From contig NW_021825852.1 in the NCBI RefSeq assembly GCF_006345805.1, positions 1-14,225 of the forward strand: a DNA stretch of 14,225 nt, given 5' to 3'. Origin of the DNA: Octopus sinensis. Its lineage: Eukaryota. The position numbers were made by a program, and so were the translations under genes. Positions 8,441 through 14,225 of the stretch are shown piece by piece. The notes beneath the pieces are model-generated. The model had not been told where the DNA came from. It searched no databases and saw nothing but the letters and a program-made list of their open reading frames with translations. Each line of letters starts with the position of its first letter. The first letter of the stretch is position 1.

Positions 8441-8846
8441 GTATCACGTACGTAGAGTGTGTTCGGACTAAGTTTGACGGCTATTTTTCTGTCCTCCATT
8501 TTTTTCAGGCTGAAGATGTTCAAAAGATCTCCGCTGGGTCGCAGTGAGGAACACATGAGCTGTGTTGAGGTTGTGGTGGGGACCGACTACCTCCACCAAA
8601 AGCAAACTATTATCTCCCAGACACAATCTACTTGATATATATTCTTTTTTCTTTCTTCTTTTTAAAATACTTTTATTTCGGATTTGAGATATGTTTTAGC
8701 AAAGTGTATTTGCCAACGCAACATGGCTGCCCTACGCTGTCTGCTGACACGTGATCTGTGTCCGTATATTATGCTCTCGTTACTTTTTATGCCAATTGTC
8801 ACATTTATCCCAAACACCCTGTATTATACGCTTGGATGTATACACA

Positions 8847-9259
8847 GCAGGAGTGACTGTGTGGTAAGTAGCTTGCTAATCACCCACATGGTTCCGGGTT
8901 CAGTCCCACTGCGTGGCATCTTGGGCAAGTGTCTTCTGCTATAGCCCCGGGCCGACCAATGCCTTGTGAGTGGAATTGGTAGACGGAAACTGAAAGAAGC
9001 CTGTCGTATATATGTATATATATATATATGTGTATATGTTTGTGTGTCTGTGTTTGTCCCCCTAGCATTGCTTGACAACCGATGCTGGTGTGTTTACGTC
9101 CCCGTAACTTAGCGGTTCGGCAAAAGAGACCGATAGAATAAGTACTGGGCTAACAAAGAATAAGTCCCGGAGTCGATTTGCTCGACTAAAGGCGGTGCTC
9201 CAGCATGGCCGCAGTCAAATGACTGAAACAAGGAAAAGAGTAAAGGAGTAAAAGAGTAA
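8847..9259 (+). mobile_element. Full-length tRNA-derived SINE family A (CORE-like central motif; octopus-type SINE)
   Basis: A-box-like tgactgtgtggt at about 8854 and B-box-like ggttcagtccc at 8897-8907. gtggcatcttgggcaagtg resembles the CORE/MIR motif. It has an internal (TA)/(TG) tract and a (TAAAAGAG)n tandem tail. Partial copies occur elsewhere in the window. Confidence 0.92.
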
Positions 9260-9489
9260 TTGTTCATATACACTCTCTCATTGTTGCTATGCCATGCTCA
9301 CGATATCATTTGATCGAATTCATGATATTAGAACGTGATTACCACGAAATTTGGTTGTTCTTTCTAGCAAGTAGATTGACTGTGTAGAAGCTGTTGTCCA
9401 TGTTGTTCTTGTTTTCTGCTGTTTTTCATGGAAGACGATATTTATTGCTTTTTTTGTTTTGTTTTGTTTTCCTGCTACTATTGTTCTTT

Positions 9490-9732
9490 TTTTATGGCGG
9501 TGGCGGAGTTGCGATGTTGCTGTTGTTGTCTTTGCAGTGATGGTATTGGTGGGGAGGGGGGATGAGGCGAGGCTTGTGGTCATTGGGTTGATAGTGGAGT
9601 TGTTGTTGCTGCTGCTGTTGTTGTTGTTGTTGTTATGGTGGCGGTGGTGGTGGTGGTGATGATGGTTGAAGGGGTGATGATGGTGATGGTGGTAGCGGTG
9701 GTTGTAGTGGTGGTCGTCGTAGTCGTCATGGT
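9490..9732. repeat. Degenerate (GTT)/(GCT)/(GGT) trinucleotide array
   Basis: Seen directly. Confidence 0.85.
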
Positions 9733-9805
9733 GGGGACATTATTTGTACTCAATGGTGATATTTCACACATCACATTCATATGAAGCAGCCTATGTTCAT
9801 ACAGG

Positions 9806-9982
9806 CACACACACACACACACACACATGTACACACGGTTCTCCACCCTCCTCTCCTTCACTGCATTGTTTCCAGTTTTCAGAACACATAAGGGCAGAAA
9901 TAATTGGTAGAACCATCACCACCACCACCACCACAATCACCACTACCACCACTATTACCACCACCACCACCACTATCACCAC
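9806..9982. repeat. (CA)n (9806-9836) and (ACC)n (9912-9982) microsatellites
   Basis: Seen directly. Confidence 0.9.
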
Positions 9983-10230
9983 AGCAACGTCTTTACTGAT
10001 AAATAAATATTTGACCCTTTTTAAATCAGTTTCGGAAAAGATATAAAGAAATCCGGCAACCCAGTTTTCGCTCCGATTCGCCATTTTCAATAATAGGTTG
10101 GGTTTCCGGTAGCAAAATTTAGCCGAAGATTCTCGTTAAGAACGCCCACTGGAGGGGGCCTTTCACTCAACTTTTCCTAAACGTTGCTAAGGTCAGCTGA
10201 AGACAAACAACTTTTTTCAGCGTTGTTTTC

Positions 10231-10231
10231 G

Positions 10232-10263
<32 letters not shown>
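10231..10263. repeat. (GTT)11 microsatellite
   Basis: Seen directly. Confidence 0.95.
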
Positions 10264-10444
10264 GCCATTTTCTGGAGCAGGAAATCACTCTTCGAAGGAA
10301 TTTATTCTTTGCTGGAAATGTAGGTGAGCAATATGGAGGCTGCTGTAATGCCAGCTTAATTCTAGAAACGGCACCACACTGTTCCGAGTGGTGGAAGGGG
10401 TGGATGGGCGGGAAAAGTGGAGCAATGACCGCGGACTTGATACT

Positions 10445-10570
10445 GTGTTGTTGTTGATGTTGTTGCTGCTGCTGCTGTTGTGGTTGTTGTTCTTGTTAAG
10501 CATAGTATAATCCAAGGTCATCCTATGATTCAAGATGTTCCAGCCATGACCATCCCATCTCAATTTTTTC
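10445..10570 (-). mobile_element. Family C repeat 3' end with expanded (CAA/CAG)n tail
   Basis: The reverse complement agatgggatggtcatggctggaacatct resembles 13046-13072 (agacgagatggtcacggttgtacatct). Both are followed by (CAA)n. Confidence 0.65.
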
Positions 10571-10599
10571 TCCGGCAAACAGCGTGACCCGGGGCTAAC

Positions 10600-10822
10600 C
10601 TGGCAGAAACGTTAGCACGCCGGGCGAAATGCGTAGCCGTATTTCGTCTGCCGTTACGTTCTGGGTTCAAAATCCGCCGAGGTCCACTTTGCCTTTCATC
10701 CTTTCGGGGTCGATAAATTAAGTACCAGTTACGCACTGGGGTCGATGTAATCGACTTAATCCCTTTGTCTGTCCTTGTTTGTCCCTTCTGTGTTTAGCCC
10801 CTTGTGGGCAGTAAAGAAATAG
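10600..10822 (+). mobile_element. tRNA-derived SINE family B (Nin/Deu-domain-like body), near full length
   Basis: A-box-like tggcagaaacg at 10601 and B-box-like ggttcaaaatcc at 10664-10675. gcctttcatcctttcggggtcgataaattaagtacc (10691-10726) resembles the Nin/Deu SINE domain, from memory. A second partial copy lies at 13692-13787. Confidence 0.88.
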
Positions 10823-10930
10823 CTAATCACCAAACACAATCGGTTTCTTAAACAAATTCTGGAGGACATATCTCTGTATAACAATAAGCGATATAAATGG
10901 TTGGTTTGGTTGCTTGCTTGTATTTTGCAG

Positions 10931-10931
10931 G

Positions 10932-10972
<41 letters not shown>
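10931..10972. repeat. (GA)n microsatellite
   Basis: Seen directly. Confidence 0.95.
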
Positions 10973-10974
<2 letters not shown>

Positions 10975-11085
10975 AAAGCAAGACACGGAGAGAGTTAAAA
11001 TAAGATATGCGGGATGACTAGGCTTGGTGACAGGCAATGAGTAAAGGAATGCTACACACAAACACGGTGAAAGAGTAACTATCAT

Positions 11086-11340
11086 AGACGGAGGAGGAAG
11101 AGGAGTGGGAGGAGGAAAAGGCAGAAGAAAATCGGGGGAAGAAGTGGATAGGGGGAATGGGAGGGGAGAAGGCGTGGAGAAGGGGAAGAGAAGAGGAGGA
11201 TGGGTGAAGGGGAGAACGAGAGGGGGAAACGAAGAGAGAGAAGGGGGAGGGGTGAAAGTGGGGAGAAGGAGAAGAAGAAGAAGAAGAAGAAGAAAAGAAG
11301 AGGAGGGGGAGGAGGAGGAGGAGGTGGTGGAGGAGGAAAT
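11086..11340. repeat. Polypurine low-complexity tract with (GAA)n and (GAG)n
   Basis: Seen directly. Confidence 0.9.
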
Positions 11341-11549
11341 AACAGGTGAAAAATTTGATTTAATTTAATTATTTTAAGGTAATAAATATTTCTTTTGAAA
11401 ATTTGTATTCATTTCATCCTATTGCCTTTTAAGCACCAACAAATTTGGTAAAAGTTAAATCATAATTATTGTCTGCGGCAAAAGTATATTTCCAAAGTTT
11501 ACCGCCATAATACAGGTAGCACTCCACTTATGATCAATATAATCTAATA

Positions 11550-11615
11550 TGACCTACCTTTTCCTTAAGATAGCGATTTGAGGGAAGTTTAGCTACTGCT
11601 TGTCTATATAACTGG
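11550..11615 (-). mobile_element. Family C repeat fragment
   Basis: The reverse complement gcagtagctaaacttccctcaaatc...cttaaggaaaagg...cattattagat-like resembles 12959-13022. Confidence 0.45.
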
Positions 11616-11645
11616 CAATTGAGGTACAGGAATATGGAGATCTAG

Positions 11646-11876
11646 CTTTTATCTTTGACTGATTTCAGTCATTCAACAGCAGCCATACTGGAGCACTGCC
11701 TTGAATTGATTCCGATACATATTCTATCGGGCTCTTTTGCTAAACCGTTAAGTTACGGATTTATAAACATACAAACGCCGGTTGCCAAGCGATGGCAAGG
11801 AACAGACACAAATACATACACACACACACATACATGCACACACAGATATGAGACGGGTTTCTCTCAGTTTCCGTCT
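11646..11876 (-). mobile_element. Family A SINE, diverged 3' two-thirds with an internal deletion
   Basis: tttcagtcatt...gccatactggagcactgcct, tattctatcgggctcttttgctaaaccgttaagttacgg and gacgggtttctctcagtttccgtct are reverse complements of segments of 8981-9240. Confidence 0.85.
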
Positions 11877-11973
11877 GTTCTCGCTTACAGTATAGCATTA
11901 CACCTAGCTGGGTTTTTTTTTTATTTTGTATACACATTGGCAATCTGCTAAATTATCCGTAAATGTTTATGGT

Positions 11974-12106
11974 AAATACATATATTCTGATTGGTGAAGT
12001 AGCACGGAATCTTCCGAACGAGCTGGCATCACTGACGATAGCTACGGAAATAGCCGAAACTGACCGGAATTCTTGCAACCCCTATCAGAATATATGTTAT
12101 GTATTT
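11974..12106. mobile_element. Small MITE-like element with terminal inverted repeats
   Basis: acatatattctgattgg (11978-11994) matches the reverse complement of 12081-12097 (acatatattctgatagg) at 16/17, with weaker pairing inward and outward. Confidence 0.65.
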
Positions 12107-12154
12107 TTATCAATGTAGGTGTCTTGACACCCTTAGTCACATTTAGTTAATGAC

Positions 12155-12211
<57 letters not shown>

Positions 12212-12229
12212 GATACATACATACATACA

Positions 12230-12294
<65 letters not shown>

Positions 12295-12386
12295 CATACA
12301 CACACATGTATATATATATATTATATTATGTATAGGTATTTATGTACATATGTATATGTATGTATGTATGTATGTATGTGTATATA
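12155..12386. repeat. Compound (GATA)n-(ATAC)n-(TA)n-(TATG)n microsatellite
   Basis: Seen directly. Confidence 0.95.
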
Positions 12387-12947
12387 TTCCCGAAGTACCA
12401 ATAGAAATTTAGATATCTCTGTAGATTTCCAGTAGAAAAACGTCCAACTATAGAATTTCTATGAAGGATTTTGGGGTTATATTCTTGGAAAAGGTCAACT
12501 TTAGTGATAAATTGTCCATTTAGAAAAGAAGAAAAACACATCAATTAAATTGTGAAAAGATAATTGTACAGACTCGGAATCTATTTGAGAAAGAATAATG
12601 AAGTTGGAGAGAAAACATTTGTTAAACTTCACCAAATAAACTGGAAGAATGGGAAAAAAAATCAATACATTTATTAAATGGATGATCGGGAGCGTATTTT
12701 TTTCTGCGTGCGTGCGCGCGTGTGTGTGTGTGCATTTATATATTTCATTTTAACTTATTTTATTCTTTTCTTTGTAAGACATGACAGAATTGTTCGCTTG
12801 AACGAGAAAGATCGTGACTGCCACTAACGGATGAGATTCTAACAAGAATCGAATTTCCAAACCTTCCACAGTTGATCACGTGTTTTTACTTTATACTGAC
12901 AAATTCACAAACCAAACGAGAATGCCTTTTAAAATGGTCGCCAGATG

Positions 12948-13112
12948 TGGTAGAAATAGCAGCGAAATTACCTTCAAAGAACACCATATACCTTCTTATA
13001 AAGCAAAGGCTGCATTAGATAATTTAGTACTGCATACCGTTAAAAAGACGAGATGGTCACGGTTGTACATCTGATGAAGGACCGACCAGAGGTCAAACAA
13101 CAACAATCAACA
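12948..13112 (+). mobile_element. Family C repeat copy ending in (CAA)n
   Basis: Motif order is shared with 4374-4560 and with 10490-10570 on the minus strand. Confidence 0.65.
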
Positions 13113-13691
13113 GCGCTAATTTGTAGCCAATTAATTAATACACTGTTTGCTGTCTTCTTTAACAATCCTCGCAGATGTATTGTGAAACTTATGCAACGAT
13201 TAACAAGAATCTTTTAAGGCTTTCAACCTGTGGCCGAAAAGCAACCGACTCGAGCAGACCGGAAATGATAAAATCATTTTCTTGTTTTGTATTTTTAGTG
13301 TTTCGATTCGAGATCTACTGATCCATGCGTTATTCCTGTTTGATCCCTATAACTACCCTTTTCTAATCTATAAAGCCACAGTCGTTTAAGGTTTACCATG
13401 CACCTCTTCATTTGTGTACTGACATAGGCAAGATTTTATGGAAGGACAGTAGTCCACAACCCCTACGCCATCCAAGTTTATCCAAAGAGAAAAGCCACCG
13501 ACTCGGGCCGATAGAATTTGGTACCGGCATCATCACGGACGATGTTATCAGAAGTCAAAGAATCGGAGGAAATACCGCCAAGAACCATAATCCTAATCTT
13601 TTACCAGTCTTAATCAGTCCCGTCTGTGTACAGCCCTATGGGGCTAATAAACAAGCATATATACTGCCCCATGGATTGCCATCCTAAACCT

Positions 13692-13787
13692 AAAAGGTAA
13701 AGTTGATCCCGGCAGGATTTGAACGCCAGAAGCATTCTATACTGAAGCATTCTATCCAGCGCTCTATCCACTCGTCCAATTGGCCGC
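13692..13787 (-). mobile_element. Family B SINE head, diverged
   Basis: aaaggtaaagttgatcccggcaggatttgaacgccagaa resembles the reverse complement of 10659-10696 (aaaggcaaagtggacctcggcggattttgaacccagaa). It has an internal 12-bp duplication of gaagcattctat. Confidence 0.7.
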
Positions 13788-13933
13788 TGTGTATCGTTAT
13801 CGCATTAATTCCTATGCTGGACGGACGCTTCTCTGATTTCTCAACGAAAGCTCTCTCAGTTTCTCTCCAAACCCCTTAAACACACCCAGCTCTTCCATCG
13901 ATTTCATCTTCAGACGTTGCTAGCGTCGTCTTA

Positions 13934-14225
13934 TTGTGGTTGCTGCTGTTGCTGTTGCTGTTGAGTGAACGGTCTTCGTCCCAGAGCTCGCAAGATGGGA
14001 GAAGTCCGAAACGTGGTCCTTTGCTATTCGTAAGACCCGCAGAAGAGAAAGCAGGTCAACCCCGACACCGAGAGCATCGACGGATGGATGAATGCGCATC
14101 CAGGCTCAGCGGTTGCGTAGGAAGTCGGGGACAAGAAACAGGAAGAAAGAGTGCGTGAAAGTTGGGGCGAAAGAGTACAACAGGGTCGCCACCACCCGCT
14201 GCCGAGCCTCGTGGAGCTTTAGGTG
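13934..14225 (-). mobile_element. Probable SINE family D, 3' part with (CAA/CAG)n tail, running off the window
   Basis: A CpG-rich block starting at a (TTG/CTG)n tract. 14135-14225 (gaaacaggaagaaagagtg...gagcctcgtggagctttaggtg) is recalled as the body of an abundant octopus tRNA-SINE. There is no second copy here to confirm this. Confidence 0.55.

Noticed and set aside
8847-8915. tRNA gene
   Set aside because: It has A and B boxes but no complete cloverleaf and continues into a SINE body.
8684-9078. ORFs such as THMVPGSVPLRGILGKCLLL
   Set aside because: Translations of SINE family A. Any database hits would probably be mis-annotated repeats.
10196-10221. CTGAAGA within a small hairpin
   Set aside because: There is no downstream GAAA and no hammerhead topology.
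13071-13100. CTGATGA followed by a GACC/GGTC stem
   Set aside because: It lacks the GAAA box and stems I and III, and it lies within the family C repeat.
13412-13687. 91-aa non-repetitive ORF
   Set aside because: It has a non-ATG start, no recognisable motif and no clear splice signals. Its length is compatible with chance.
1-14225. CRISPR array or prokaryotic operon/defence system
   Set aside because: There are no regularly spaced repeats with unique spacers and no gene-dense coding sequence. The window is animal-type repetitive DNA.

Overview
Eukaryotic, AT-rich, microsatellite-saturated DNA with no intact protein-coding gene. Almost every ORF in the track is a translation of simple repeats. 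The interspersed repeats resemble, from memory and not from a search, those of octopus (cephalopod) genomes, so this is probably intronic or intergenic DNA. Content: at least four SINE-like families (one full-length copy at 8847-9259, another nearly complete at 10600-10822); a decayed 3' end of a restriction-like-endonuclease non-LTR retrotransposon (5766-6240); a probable RTE-derived non-autonomous element between two (ATAC)n arrays; three foldback/MITE-like inverted repeats; and a probable decayed Penelope-like element. The most notable signal is a minus-strand minimal type I hammerhead ribozyme fold at 766-853, with an unusually long stem II and probably inactivating mutations. I see no evidence for a wholly new gene system. 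The novelty is at the level of RNA structures and uncharacterised repeat families.
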